DNA of 64,000 bases from Alphaproteobacteria bacterium (GTDB lineage Bacteria > Pseudomonadota > Alphaproteobacteria > UBA828). Shown here in pieces: positions 1 to 9,433 of the stretch. The position numbers and the translations under genes are program-made. The notes below the pieces were generated by a model. The model saw only the letters and a program-made list of their open reading frames with translations. It searched no databases and was not told the DNA's origin. How positions within the stretch are numbered: position 1 is the first letter of the stretch; each line of letters starts with the position of its first letter. The stretch spans positions 2,507,965 to 2,571,964 of the forward strand of contig OZ241738.1 of the NCBI GenBank assembly GCA_965200925.1, given 5' to 3'.

Positions 1-502
1 GGAGGCGCCCGGCGCGGCTGACCGGATCGCGCACGCGGTACCAAGCGAGAACCGCGGCGTCGGAAACGCCCGCCCCGGCCATCGCCGCCTCGGCGGCGGC
101 CTGGAGCGCCCGCCGGGACGGCCAGTCCGGGTTCTCGTCGATGAACCGCGCGATGGCGGCGAACGAAGCGCGCGTGCCCTCGCTGCTGTAGTCCCACCAG
201 CGCAGGAGCCGGGCGCTCAGGGGGCTACCGGCCTCGCGGGCCAAGCGATGGGCCCGCTCCCAATTGCCGCGCGCCGCCGCGTCGAAGGCGCGCGCGACGG
301 GCGCCATCTCCGCGCCCGGCAGAGCGAGGGGGAGCGGCGGCTCCGCGCCCAGGGCGCGCCCGGCGGCGCCCCAGAGCAGCGGCAGCGCCAGCAGGGCGGC
401 GAGGATGCACCGCGCGGCATGCCCTTTGCGCGCGGGCCCTTTGCGCGCGGGCTTCGCTTCGCGGCGGCCGCACGGGCCCGCCGGTCCCGACCTTGTTCCC
501 AC
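1..502 (-). CDS. Soluble lytic murein transglycosylase (Slt-like), N-terminal part, runs off window; start approximate
   Basis: Hand translation (absent from ORF track): signal-like [21 protein letters not shown], then ARLLRWWDY...[26 protein letters not shown], typical of alphaproteobacterial Slt; divergent from dapA as usual. Confidence 0.8.
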   Translation of the reverse strand, partial: MGTRSGPAGPCGRREAKPARKGPARKGHAARCILAALLALPLLWGAAGRALGAEPPLPLALPGAEMAPVARAFDAAARGNWERAHRLAREAGSPLSARLLRWWDYSSEGTRASFAAIARFIDENPDWPSRRALQAAAEAAMAGAGVSDAAVLAWYRVRDPVSRAGRL

Positions 503-557
503 GATACGCCCAAACTATCCTCGCGGCGGCCGCGATGCACGACCGGGGGAGGGCGGC

Positions 558-1433
558 ATGTTCCGGGGATATCTGACGGCCCTGATCACGCCATTCCGGG
601 GCGGCGCGGTGGACGAGGGCGCCTATCGCGAATTCGTCGCTTGGCAGATCGAGGAGGGTGCCGCCGGGCTCGTCCCCTGCGGGACGACGGGGGAATCGCC
701 GACGCTCAGCCACGAGGAACACCGCCGGGTGGTCGAGATCTGCATCGAGGCCGCCGGCGGGCGGGTGCCGGTCGTGGCCGGCACGGGCTCGAACTCGACC
801 GAGGAAGCGATCGGCCTGACCCGCCACGCCAGGGAAGCCGGTGCGGACGCCGCGCTGCTGGTCATGCCCTATTACAACAAGCCGACGCAGGAGGGCATGT
901 ACGCCCACTACAAGGCCGTCAACGACGCCGTGGACATCCCGCAGATCGTCTACAACATCCCCGGGCGCAGCGTGGTCGACATGGCGATCGAGACCATGGC
1001 TCGCCTCGCCGCACTGCCCAACGTCGTCGGGGTCAAGGACGCGACCGCCGACCTGACCCGCCCGACCAGGACCGCCATCGCCATCGGCGAGGGGTTCTGC
1101 CAGCTTTCGGGCGAGGACGGCACGGCGCTGGGCTTCCTCGCCCAGGGGGGCCATGGCTGCATTTCCGTCACGGCGAACGTCGCACCGCGCCAGTGCGCGG
1201 CGTTCTTCGCCGCCTGGGCGCGCGGCGACGCCGGGGAAGCGGCAGAGCAGCACAAGCGGCTGATGCCGCTCCACGACGCCCTCTTCGTCGAGAGCAACCC
1301 CATTCCCGTCAAATACGCGGCCTCCCTGCTCGGCAAGTGCGCGCCGGAGGTGCGGCTTCCGCTGACCGCCCCGGCCCCGGCCAGTCGCGAACGGATCGAG
1401 ACGGCGCTGCGCCAAGCCGGCGTCCTGAACTGA
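558..1433 (+). CDS. dapA: 4-hydroxy-tetrahydrodipicolinate synthase
   Basis: [37 protein letters not shown] motifs; GGGAGGG RBS before ATG 558. Confidence 0.97.
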   Translation: MFRGYLTALITPFRGGAVDEGAYREFVAWQIEEGAAGLVPCGTTGESPTLSHEEHRRVVEICIEAAGGRVPVVAGTGSNSTEEAIGLTRHAREAGADAALLVMPYYNKPTQEGMYAHYKAVNDAVDIPQIVYNIPGRSVVDMAIETMARLAALPNVVGVKDATADLTRPTRTAIAIGEGFCQLSGEDGTALGFLAQGGHGCISVTANVAPRQCAAFFAAWARGDAGEAAEQHKRLMPLHDALFVESNPIPVKYAASLLGKCAPEVRLPLTAPAPASRERIETALRQAGVLN

Positions 1434-1461
1434 GGCCGCCGTCGCGCGTCGACCCGGATCG

Positions 1462-1935
1462 GTGGCCAGGAGGAACGCCCCCGGCGGCCGGCAGGTCGCG
1501 CAGAACCGCAAGGCGCGCCGCGACTACCATCTCGAGCGCGCGTTCGAGGCCGGCATCCGCTTGACGGGCACGGAGGTCAAGGCGTTGCGGGCGGGCCGCG
1601 CCAACATCAACGACGCCTATGCCGCAGAACGCGGCGGCGAGGTCTATCTGCTGAACGCCCACATCGCCCGCTACGACGGCGCCGGCGCCTTCAACCACGA
1701 CCCTCTCAGGCCGCGCAAGCTGCTGCTGCACAAGCGCGAGATCGCCAGGTTGCTGGGCGCGCTGCGCCGCGGCGGCGCGACCCTGGTGCCGCTCGCCCTC
1801 TACTTCAACGAGCGTGGCATCGCCAAGCTCTCGCTGGCGCTGGCCGCAGGCAAGCGCAAATATGACAAGCGCGCCGCCGAAAAGGAGCGCGATTGGAAAC
1901 GCCAGAAGGAGCGGCTGATGCGCGCGCGCCGTTAG
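1462..1935 (+). CDS. smpB: SsrA-binding protein
   Basis: [41 protein letters not shown]; dapA-smpB synteny. Confidence 0.97.
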   Translation: MARRNAPGGRQVAQNRKARRDYHLERAFEAGIRLTGTEVKALRAGRANINDAYAAERGGEVYLLNAHIARYDGAGAFNHDPLRPRKLLLHKREIARLLGALRRGGATLVPLALYFNERGIAKLSLALAAGKRKYDKRAAEKERDWKRQKERLMRARR

Positions 1936-1986
1936 CCGTTATTTATCGTCTCCCCAAGGCGCGCGGGCGGCGGAGGATACGGGGGC

Positions 1987-2220
1987 GTGGGAAGCGACAG
2001 GGACGGCGATGACGGCGAGGCGCGGGCGCTCGCGCGGCGATTCCTCGATCTGTGGGAGGAGGAGTGGGCCGCGGCCGCTGGCGCTGCATCTCGGGGCCGC
2101 GATCGGGACCTGGGCGAGTGCGCCGGCGGCGCTGCCGCTCGCCCGGAGCGGCGCGCTGCTCTGGAGGGACGAGGCGCGGGCGGCGGCGCTCCGGCCCGCC
2201 CTCGCGCGCGCCGACCCTGA
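1987..2220 (+). CDS. Small hypothetical protein overlapping the phaC-like gene in another frame
   Basis: GGAGG and GGGGG upstream of GTG; helical ALARRFLDLWEEEW segment. Confidence 0.45.
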   Translation: MGSDRDGDDGEARALARRFLDLWEEEWAAAAGAASRGRDRDLGECAGGAAARPERRAALEGRGAGGGAPARPRARRP

Positions 2221-3253
2221 GGCGCTGGCGGCGGCCGTCCGCGCCGAGGCGGCCGGGCGCGTCGGGCGCTTTCTCGAAGGGATCGAACGCTACCGCGCCC
2301 ACCCCTACCGCCGCCGCCTCGCGGAGCCGCCCGTCCTCTGGCGCGAAGGCGGGACGCGGCTCCTGGCCTTCGGCGGCGCGCCGGCGAGTGCGCCCGTGCT
2401 GCTCGTGCCCTCGCTCGTCAACCGCGCCTACATCCTCGATCTCACGGCGAAACGGAGCTTCGCCCGCTACCTGCGAGAACGCGGCCTGCGACCCTATCTC
2501 CTCGACTGGGGGGCACCCGGCCCGGAAGAGCGGGCGTTCGCCCTCGACGACTATATCCTCGCCCGCCTGGGCGCCGCGCTGGACGCGGCCCGGCGCGACG
2601 CCGGCCGGCCCGTGGTGCTCGCCGGCTACTGCATGGGCGGCCTGCTGACTCTGCCGCTCGCGCCCGGACCGGACGTGGCCGCGCTGGTGCTGCTGGCGAC
2701 GCCCTGGGATTTTCACGCCGACGGCGGCGCCCAGGCCCGCCTCCTGGCCGCCCTGACGCCGGCGTTGACGGCCGTCGTCGAGACGTGCGGTGTGCTCCCG
2801 GCCGATGCCGTCCAGGCGTTGTTCGCCGCGCTCGACCCGCTCCAGGCCGCGCGCAAGTTCACCGCCTTCGCGGCGCTCGCGCCTGCCTCGGCCGCCGCCC
2901 GCGACTTCGTGGTGCTGGAGGACTGGCTGAACGACGGCGTGGCCCTCGCCGGCCCGGTCGCGCGGCAGTGCCTGCACGACTGGTACGGCGCGAACGCGCC
3001 GGCGCGAGGGAGGTGGCGAGTCGGCGGGACGCCCGTCCGGCCCGAGCGCGTGTCCGCGCCGGCTCTCATCGTCGTCCCGGCGCGCGACCGCATCGTGCCG
3101 CCGGCGGCGGCCGCGGCGGCGCGCGCCCGCCTGCCGGCGGTCGAGGTCTGGACTCCCGCCCTCGGCCATATCGGCATGATGGCGAGCCCGCGCGCGAAGC
3201 GCCTCCTGTGGCGCCGCCTCGCGGACTGGATGGCGGCCCACGCCGGCGCTTGA
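2009..3253 (+). CDS. Polyhydroxyalkanoate synthase-like alpha/beta hydrolase (class III PhaC type)
   Basis: VLLVPSLVNRAYILDL, LLDWG, lipase box GYCMGG, D in ARDRIVP, H in LGHIG; followed by two phaB genes. Confidence 0.8.
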   Translation: MTARRGRSRGDSSICGRRSGPRPLALHLGAAIGTWASAPAALPLARSGALLWRDEARAAALRPALARADPEALAAAVRAEAAGRVGRFLEGIERYRAHPYRRRLAEPPVLWREGGTRLLAFGGAPASAPVLLVPSLVNRAYILDLTAKRSFARYLRERGLRPYLLDWGAPGPEERAFALDDYILARLGAALDAARRDAGRPVVLAGYCMGGLLTLPLAPGPDVAALVLLATPWDFHADGGAQARLLAALTPALTAVVETCGVLPADAVQALFAALDPLQAARKFTAFAALAPASAAARDFVVLEDWLNDGVALAGPVARQCLHDWYGANAPARGRWRVGGTPVRPERVSAPALIVVPARDRIVPPAAAAAARARLPAVEVWTPALGHIGMMASPRAKRLLWRRLADWMAAHAGA

Positions 3254-3324
3254 AAATCCGCCGGTGCCGTTCCATATGGGGCGCGCGGGGCAATGGCCGG
3301 CGGGACGCCGGGACGGGGGCACGG

Positions 3325-4047
3325 ATGGCGCGGGTCGCACTGGTAACCGGCGGGACGCGCGGGATCGGCGGCGCCGTGTCGCGGGCGCTCGCGCGCGAAG
3401 GCTATCGCGTCGCCGCCAACTACCACGCGGACGACGCGGCGGCCGAGCGCTTCCGCGCGGCCACCGGCATCGCCGTTCACAGATGGGACGTGCGCGATTT
3501 CGCCGCCTGCGAGGCGGGCGTCGCCCGAATCGAACGGGGGCTGGGCCCGGTGGACGTGCTGGTGAACAACGCCGGCATCACCCGCGACTCCACGCTGCGC
3601 ACGATGACGCCGGAAGACTGGCGGGCCGTCCTCGACACCAATCTCGGCTCCTGCTTCAACCTCTGCCGCGCCGCCTTCCCCGGAATGCGGGCGCGCGGCT
3701 TCGGGCGGATCGTCAACGTAGGCTCGATCAACGGGCAGGCCGGCCAGTACGGCCAGGTCAACTACGCCGCGGCGAAATCCGGCATCCACGGCTTCACCAA
3801 GGCGCTGGCGCTGGAAGGGGCGCGCCACGGCGTCACGGTGAACGCCGTGGCGCCCGGCTATGTGGACACGGATATGGTCCGCGCGGTTCCGGAAGCGGTG
3901 CTCGACAAGATCGTCGCCAGCATTCCTGTGGGCCGGCTCGGCCGCGCCGACGACATCGCCCGGGCGGTGCTGTTCCTGGTCGCCGACGAGGCCGACTTCG
4001 TCACCGGCTCGACCCTGTCGGTGAACGGCGGCCACCACATGTATTGA
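3325..4047 (+). CDS. phbB: Acetoacetyl-CoA reductase
   Basis: MARVALVTGGTRGIG, NNAGITRD, SINGQAGQYGQVNYAAAKSG, LSVNGGHHMY. Confidence 0.92.
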   Translation: MARVALVTGGTRGIGGAVSRALAREGYRVAANYHADDAAAERFRAATGIAVHRWDVRDFAACEAGVARIERGLGPVDVLVNNAGITRDSTLRTMTPEDWRAVLDTNLGSCFNLCRAAFPGMRARGFGRIVNVGSINGQAGQYGQVNYAAAKSGIHGFTKALALEGARHGVTVNAVAPGYVDTDMVRAVPEAVLDKIVASIPVGRLGRADDIARAVLFLVADEADFVTGSTLSVNGGHHMY

Positions 4048-4063
4048 CGGCGAGCGCGACGGG

Positions 4064-4786
4064 ATGAAACGGCGAGCGCTGGTCACCGGAGGTACGCGAG
4101 GGATCGGTGCCGCCGTCGCGCGGGCGCTGCGGGAAGCGGGCCACGCGGTGGCGGTCAACTACCACGCCGACGAGACGTGCGCGGAGGCGTTTCGCGCGGC
4201 CACGGGCATCCCCGCCTACCGGTGGGACGTGGCGGACGGCAGCGCCTGCCGAGCCGGAGTCGCCCGCGTCGAGGCCGCACTGGGCACCGTCGACATCCTC
4301 ATCAACAACGCGGGCACCGTCTCCGACAACAAATTCGAAAACATGACGGAGGAGCAATGGCGGCGCGTCCTGTGCGTCAACCTGGACTCGGTCTTCCACA
4401 TGGCGAAGGCGGTCTATCCCGGCATGATGGCGCGCGGCTTCGGGCGGATCGTCCAGATCGGCTCGATGAACGGCCAGGCCGGCCAGCTCAACCAGGTCAA
4501 CTACGTCGCCGCCAAGGCGGGGATGCACGGTTTCACCAAGGCGCTGGCCCTGGAGGGGGCGAAGCACGGCATCACCGTCAACACCGTGGCGCCGGGCTAT
4601 GTCGATACCGCCATGATGCGCGCGATGCCGGCACGCATCCTCGGCAAGATCCTCGACAAATCCCCGATCCGCCGGATGGGGACGGAAGAGGAGGTGGCCC
4701 ACGCCGTGCTCTTCCTGGTGGACGACAAGGCGGCCTGGACGACCGGCGCGACGATCACGATGAACGGCGGCACCCACATGTATTAG
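4064..4786 (+). CDS. phbB: Acetoacetyl-CoA reductase, second tandem paralog
   Basis: ALVTGGTRGIG, GQLNQVNYVAAKAG, MNGGTHMY; colinear with previous gene. Confidence 0.85.
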   Translation: MKRRALVTGGTRGIGAAVARALREAGHAVAVNYHADETCAEAFRAATGIPAYRWDVADGSACRAGVARVEAALGTVDILINNAGTVSDNKFENMTEEQWRRVLCVNLDSVFHMAKAVYPGMMARGFGRIVQIGSMNGQAGQLNQVNYVAAKAGMHGFTKALALEGAKHGITVNTVAPGYVDTAMMRAMPARILGKILDKSPIRRMGTEEEVAHAVLFLVDDKAAWTTGATITMNGGTHMY

Positions 4787-4814
4787 CCCGCGCGCCGGAA
4801 GGCGGGTTGTTATC

Positions 4815-5576
4815 ATGCCCGCGATGCACCAGGACGTCGTCGATCTCAACGCCTTCTACCTAAGCCGCTTGGGCTGGGTCGTGCGGCGCACGGTCGGCCA
4901 GCAAGTCCGCCGCGTCTGGCCGGACGTGCGCGGAGAGGCGGTGCTGGGGCTCGGCTACGCGACGCCCTTCCTCGGCCTCTTCCGCGGCGAAGCGGAGCGG
5001 GTCCTCGCGGTGATGCCGGCGGGCCAGGGGGTCATGGCCTGGCCCGAGAGCGGGGGCCGGCTGGCGGCGCTCGCCGACGACGCGGCACTGCCCCTCCCGG
5101 ACGGCGCGATCGACCGCATCCTGGTGGTGCACGGCCTGGAGTTCAGCGAACGGCGCGGCCCGATGCTCCGGGAAATCTGGCGGGTGATGCGGCCCGGCGG
5201 CCGCCTGCTGGCGCTCGCGCCGAACCGCCGCGGGCTCTGGGCCCGCGCCGAGGCGACGCCGTTCGGGCACGGCTCGCCGTTCAGCGCGTCGCAGCTCGCG
5301 CGCCTCCTGCGGGAGCACCGCTTCGCGCCCGTGGGCGGGGGCGCGATGCTCTTCCTGCCGCCGGTCGGCTGGCGTCCGGTGCTCCGCGCCGCTGCCCTCT
5401 GGCAGCGGGTCGGCCGGCATCTCGGGCGCCCTTTCGGCGGCGTCGTCTATGTGGAGGCCGACAAGACCGTGTTCGAGGCCCGTCCGGTCGCGGCGTCGGC
5501 GCGCCGTCGGATCTTCGTGCCGTTGCCGGAGCCCCTCCCCGCCGGCGCCCGCACGGCGGCGGATTCCGGCGGATAG
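4815..5576 (+). CDS. Class I SAM-dependent methyltransferase (type 11, YafS-like)
   Basis: DVVDLNAFY, LGLGYATPFL, LPLPDGAIDRILVVHGLE, PNRRGLWAR. Confidence 0.88.
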   Translation: MPAMHQDVVDLNAFYLSRLGWVVRRTVGQQVRRVWPDVRGEAVLGLGYATPFLGLFRGEAERVLAVMPAGQGVMAWPESGGRLAALADDAALPLPDGAIDRILVVHGLEFSERRGPMLREIWRVMRPGGRLLALAPNRRGLWARAEATPFGHGSPFSASQLARLLREHRFAPVGGGAMLFLPPVGWRPVLRAAALWQRVGRHLGRPFGGVVYVEADKTVFEARPVAASARRRIFVPLPEPLPAGARTAADSGG

Positions 5577-5642
5577 GCGCCGCGTTTGCCGAGGATGACA
5601 AAGCTCTTGACGAAGCTCCGTCGAGTGATGCAGACTACCTTC

Positions 5643-6357
5643 ATGCATACTTTCGTACCCCCCCCCCCCCCCCCCGCGACATGCGCGGACGTCCGAACGA
5701 CGGCTAAGTAGCCTCGGCGGCGCGGTCTCGCCGCGCTTCCTCTTCCCACCCCTTATCGCGGCTTCGCTTCTCGCCGCCGCCTGTGCGCCGACGGGCGTGA
5801 AGAACGCGCCGGGCACGCCCACCGCCTACCAGGACGTCGCCACCTCGGGCTTGGTCCGGGGCACCGGCATCGAGTCCCAGGACATCGCGAGCATGACGGA
5901 CAAGATGGTCCGCCACATGCTCGCCAACCCGGTGCTCGGCAACGCCGCCACACCGCCTCGGGTGATCGTCGACGCCGCCTATTTCGAGAACCAGAGCTCG
6001 CAGCGGCTGAACAAGAACCTCCTCATCGACCGGCTGGCGACCCTGCTCCAGATCGCTGCCAACGGGCGGATCCTGTTCGTCGACCGGGAACACGCCGACA
6101 TGGTGGAGAAGGAACGCAAGCTCAAGCGGGAGGGCGTGACCGACGTCGGCACCACCGGGCTGACGGAGGCGGTGGCGGGCGCCGACTACCGCCTCAACGG
6201 ACGCATCACCTCGCTTGACGCCCGCACCGCGGACGGGATCGTCGAACGGTACATGCAGATCGTCTTCCGCATGACGGACCTGGAGAATGGCATCGTCGTC
6301 TGGACCAACCAGTACGAGTTCAAGAAAGCCGGGCAGGATGATGTCGTCTACCGGTAG
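5643..6357 (+). CDS. LpoB/YcfM-family lipoprotein, frameshifted at the C18 tract as assembled (ORF track start 5797 lacks the signal peptide)
   Basis: Frame of 5797 extends upstream to the lipobox LIAASLLAAAC with no in-frame start; mature part DIASMTDKMVRHML...ADYRLNGRITSL...FRMTDLENGIVVW resembles LpoB/CsgG-fold proteins. Confidence 0.7.
5658..5675 (+). repeat. Homopolymer C18 tract
   Basis: GTA followed by 18 C then GCG, counted directly. Confidence 0.95.
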
Positions 6358-6397
6358 GGCACCGGCCGCGAAAAAACCCCACTCAAAGGAGAAGACA

Positions 6398-7624
6398 GTG
6401 AAACGCGCGATGGGAATTGCTCTTTTGTCCGGCTTGGCAATAGCCGGATGTTCGACATCCCCTGAATACGATGAAGCGGCGCTCACCGCCTATCTCGAAG
6501 ACAAGCCGGCGGAAATGCATGGCGTGTTCGAAAAGGTCGTCACCGAGGGTGAGCGCAACCACGTACTGAACCGGCTGCGCGCGGGTGTGGCGGCGATGGA
6601 CGCGGGCGACAACGCGCTTGCCGCGCAGACGTTCGACGAGGCGTTGTTGACCATCGAGACGATGTACGGCGGTAGCGACGAGGCCGCGGAGGCCCGCGGC
6701 ATGTTCACCGCGGAGGATCGCAAAATATTCCGCGGCGAGCCTTACGAGCGGGCCATGGCCTACTATTACCGGGGCGTTCTCTATCTGATGGAGGGCGATT
6801 ACGAGAACGCTCGCGCCAGTTTCAAATCGGGTTCCCTCCAGGACGCCTTGGCGGAAAAGGAAGAATTCCGGCAGGACTTTGCGCTGCTGGAGTACCTGGA
6901 TGGATGGGCGTCGCAGTGCAACGGTGACGTGTCCCTCGCGAGGGACACCTATGCGAATCTCGCGAGGGACGACTATGCGGCAGCGAGGTCGCATAACGGC
7001 GCGCCGGACGTCCCGGACGCGGGAGACAACCTGCTCGTCCTGGCAGAGCTCGGCCACGCACCGGTCAAGTATGCGGAGGGCGAGCACGACGAACTCCTGA
7101 AAATAAAGAGGAATCTCGCGCGCGGTCCGGGATCGGCCAGGGTTCGCCTGAACGACCGCTCGGTGCTTCTCTCCAACGGCGAGAGCGTCCTTTGGCAGGC
7201 GATGACCCGCGGAGGACGGGAGTTCGACTCTATCCTGACCGGCAAGGTGAATTTCAAGGAGGGCATGGAGGACGCGGCCGAGGTGGGAATGGCGGTGTCG
7301 ACCGCGGCCACCACCATGAGCACCATGCAGATGGCGACTGGCGATTACGATGCTGCTCAGATGTCCGGCGCCGTAGGTGCTGTTGCCGGCCTGTTTTCAC
7401 TGTTCGCGAGCGCCGCCGCGAGCGAGACCGAGCCGGCCGCCGATACGCGGCAGTGGGACAACCTGCCGGAGACGGTGGCCTACGGCACGTACCGGAGCGA
7501 TTCCGCTTCCCGCCCGGACGTGGAGTTTGAGGGTATCCCGGCGAACACCCGACCGACGCATTACGGCGGCGACGAGTCCTGCGCCATCGCCTGGGCCAAG
7601 TCGCAGCCCGGCAACCCGGGATAG
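6398..7624 (+). CDS. COG3014-like TPR-containing lipoprotein
   Basis: AAGGAG RBS then GTG; lipobox LAIAGC; FRGEPYERAMAYYY and ADTRQWDNLP motifs. Confidence 0.75.
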   Translation: MKRAMGIALLSGLAIAGCSTSPEYDEAALTAYLEDKPAEMHGVFEKVVTEGERNHVLNRLRAGVAAMDAGDNALAAQTFDEALLTIETMYGGSDEAAEARGMFTAEDRKIFRGEPYERAMAYYYRGVLYLMEGDYENARASFKSGSLQDALAEKEEFRQDFALLEYLDGWASQCNGDVSLARDTYANLARDDYAAARSHNGAPDVPDAGDNLLVLAELGHAPVKYAEGEHDELLKIKRNLARGPGSARVRLNDRSVLLSNGESVLWQAMTRGGREFDSILTGKVNFKEGMEDAAEVGMAVSTAATTMSTMQMATGDYDAAQMSGAVGAVAGLFSLFASAAASETEPAADTRQWDNLPETVAYGTYRSDSASRPDVEFEGIPANTRPTHYGGDESCAIAWAKSQPGNPG

Positions 7625-7630
7625 AGGACG

Positions 7631-8140
7631 ATGTTCCAAGTCGTCGTGCGCGCGATCGGTTCTCCCCGGTCGTATATCCTCGCGGCGGCTGTCGCCATGC
7701 TGGCAGTCGCGGCGTGCCAGCACCCCGCACATGTGGAGCCGAAGCCGCAATGCGACTTCCGCGCCATCAAACGGGCCGCGCCGCCCGAGGGCCCGGTCCT
7801 GGTGTCGCAGGTTCCGGGGTCGGTCACGCACGTGCCGTTGAACGCCGTGAACATCACGGACGTGGCCATCACCAACAAGATCATGGTGCAGACGAACGAC
7901 GCGCACCGCGCCGACAATGGCGACATTGATGTCTTCGCCCGGCTCGTGAACTGCACCGATTATCCGTTGCAGGTCGAGGGGCGCACCCACTTCCTCGATG
8001 CCGGGCAGGTGGACGCCGAACCGGTCACAGCCTGGAGCCGGGTCCATCTTCCGGCGCGGGCACTGGGAAGCTATTCGGCGCGCTCGACCGCCGGCGCAGC
8101 CGTCGAAAGCTACCTGATCGAGCTCCGGGAAGGCCGGTGA
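7631..8140 (+). CDS. YcfL/DUF1425-like lipoprotein
   Basis: Lipobox LAVAAC; LVNCTDYPLQVEGRTHFLD...WSRVHL...YLIELR; context with LpoB-like gene. Confidence 0.65.
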   Translation: MFQVVVRAIGSPRSYILAAAVAMLAVAACQHPAHVEPKPQCDFRAIKRAAPPEGPVLVSQVPGSVTHVPLNAVNITDVAITNKIMVQTNDAHRADNGDIDVFARLVNCTDYPLQVEGRTHFLDAGQVDAEPVTAWSRVHLPARALGSYSARSTAGAAVESYLIELREGR

Positions 8141-9042
8141 CACCGCGCCCATTTTCACGCAGACTCGCCGCGCTCGCGGGCATCGCCGTCTTTTGCGCCG
8201 CGGCCGCCGTCGTGAACGCAGCGGCAGAAGACGGCGGGAAGAGTCTCTACCGGTCGGGAACGCCGGCGGTCCTGAAACCCGCCGGGGGCGAGGCCGGGGA
8301 GACTCGCCGGGCGGCGGTCCCGTCGGCCGCGCGCGCGACGGCTTTCCGCCAAGCATATCGGCAGGCCGGCTTGCCGCGTCTGGCCGTATTCTGGAACCGC
8401 CTCTTCGATGATCGCCTGCGCGAGATGGAGGCGGAAAGCCGGCTCGTCGTCGAAGGCAACCGCGATGTGCGGACCGAGGAGGCCGGCAAGACCTCCCTGT
8501 GGCGCGACAGGGGCGGATGGACGGCGAGCATCGAGACCCGGCGGGAGGGAGCGCGCCCGGAGCCTTTGTCGGAAATCGCCGGGTTCAAGTTCCAGACCGG
8601 TTTCCTCACGCCCTTGATCGAAGCGGGCGCGGCCGTGGTCGATCGGGCGGCGGTCATGCGGCTGACGGAAGCCCGGCGCGCGCTCGCCGACGGTCCGGCC
8701 GGAAACGTCGCGGACCGCCAATTGGTCGAGACGACCGCGTTGATGGAGCACGCCGACCTCCTGATTCAGATCGCGCTCTCACCCTCGGGCGAATCGCCGA
8801 CCGGGACCTTCTTCCATATCTCAATCGTCGATGTGAAGACAGGGAGGCTCCAGGCGAGCTTCTTCAACGACGCGACGTTCGAGAGCGAACGCGGGAAGAA
8901 ATGGACCGCCGTCCGGGGCGGTTATGCCCGGGTCGGGAAGGAACGGAAGGTCGATCTCGAACGGGTGGGGCGTATCCTCGCCGCCCAGGCCATGGAGGCG
9001 CTGGTGCGGGTGTTTGCAACCGGCAACGAGGCGGCCTCCTGA
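8137..9042 (+). CDS. Exported hypothetical protein, possibly CsgG/TolB-N-like fold
   Basis: Signal peptide; PRLAVFWNR, VVDRAAVMRL, IVDVKTGRL; GTGA overlap with upstream gene. Confidence 0.65.
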   Translation: MTPRPFSRRLAALAGIAVFCAAAAVVNAAAEDGGKSLYRSGTPAVLKPAGGEAGETRRAAVPSAARATAFRQAYRQAGLPRLAVFWNRLFDDRLREMEAESRLVVEGNRDVRTEEAGKTSLWRDRGGWTASIETRREGARPEPLSEIAGFKFQTGFLTPLIEAGAAVVDRAAVMRLTEARRALADGPAGNVADRQLVETTALMEHADLLIQIALSPSGESPTGTFFHISIVDVKTGRLQASFFNDATFESERGKKWTAVRGGYARVGKERKVDLERVGRILAAQAMEALVRVFATGNEAAS

Positions 9043-9046
9043 CGCC

Positions 9047-9349
9047 ATGAGGCGGCGGGCGCTCTGCATCGCCGCAGCGGCCTTGCCGGTGGTCCCGCTA
9101 AGAGGCGCCGTCGGCGGCGCTTTCGTCAGCAAGGATATCGGTGGGGGTGAGGGCCGCGTTCTCGCCACCGCCGCAGGGACTCTCGTGGGAACCGCCGTCG
9201 GTGCCGGCATCGGGCGAAGCCTCGACCACGCCAACCGGGGTTACGAGAGCCGACCTACTGGGTTTCGTTCCGGTTTTCGGTGCGCGGGCTGGAGGCCCGC
9301 GCACACGGGGCTTGCTCCGGCTCAAGGTGCACGCCGCGGGTCTGTATGA
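9047..9349 (+). pseudogene. Glycine-zipper (17-kDa surface antigen-like) gene remnant
   Basis: GAVGGAFVSKDIGGGEGRVLATAAGTLVGTAVGAGIGRSLD; no lipobox and a degenerate C-terminus. Confidence 0.55.
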
Positions 9350-9433
9350 CCGAAGGAGAGGAGGAAGACCGCCTGTTCGCCGACCAGCTTGTGGCCCGGA
9401 GAGACAATCTCCGGTCCGAAGCCCGACGGGCCC

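Noticed and set aside
421-450. 15-bp tandem duplication GCCCTTTGCGCGCGG x2
   Set aside because: Only two copies and frame-preserving; ordinary slippage
1936-1990. tmRNA gene near smpB (or near thyX)
   Set aside because: No tRNA-like ends or tag reading frame recognisable; the space is too short
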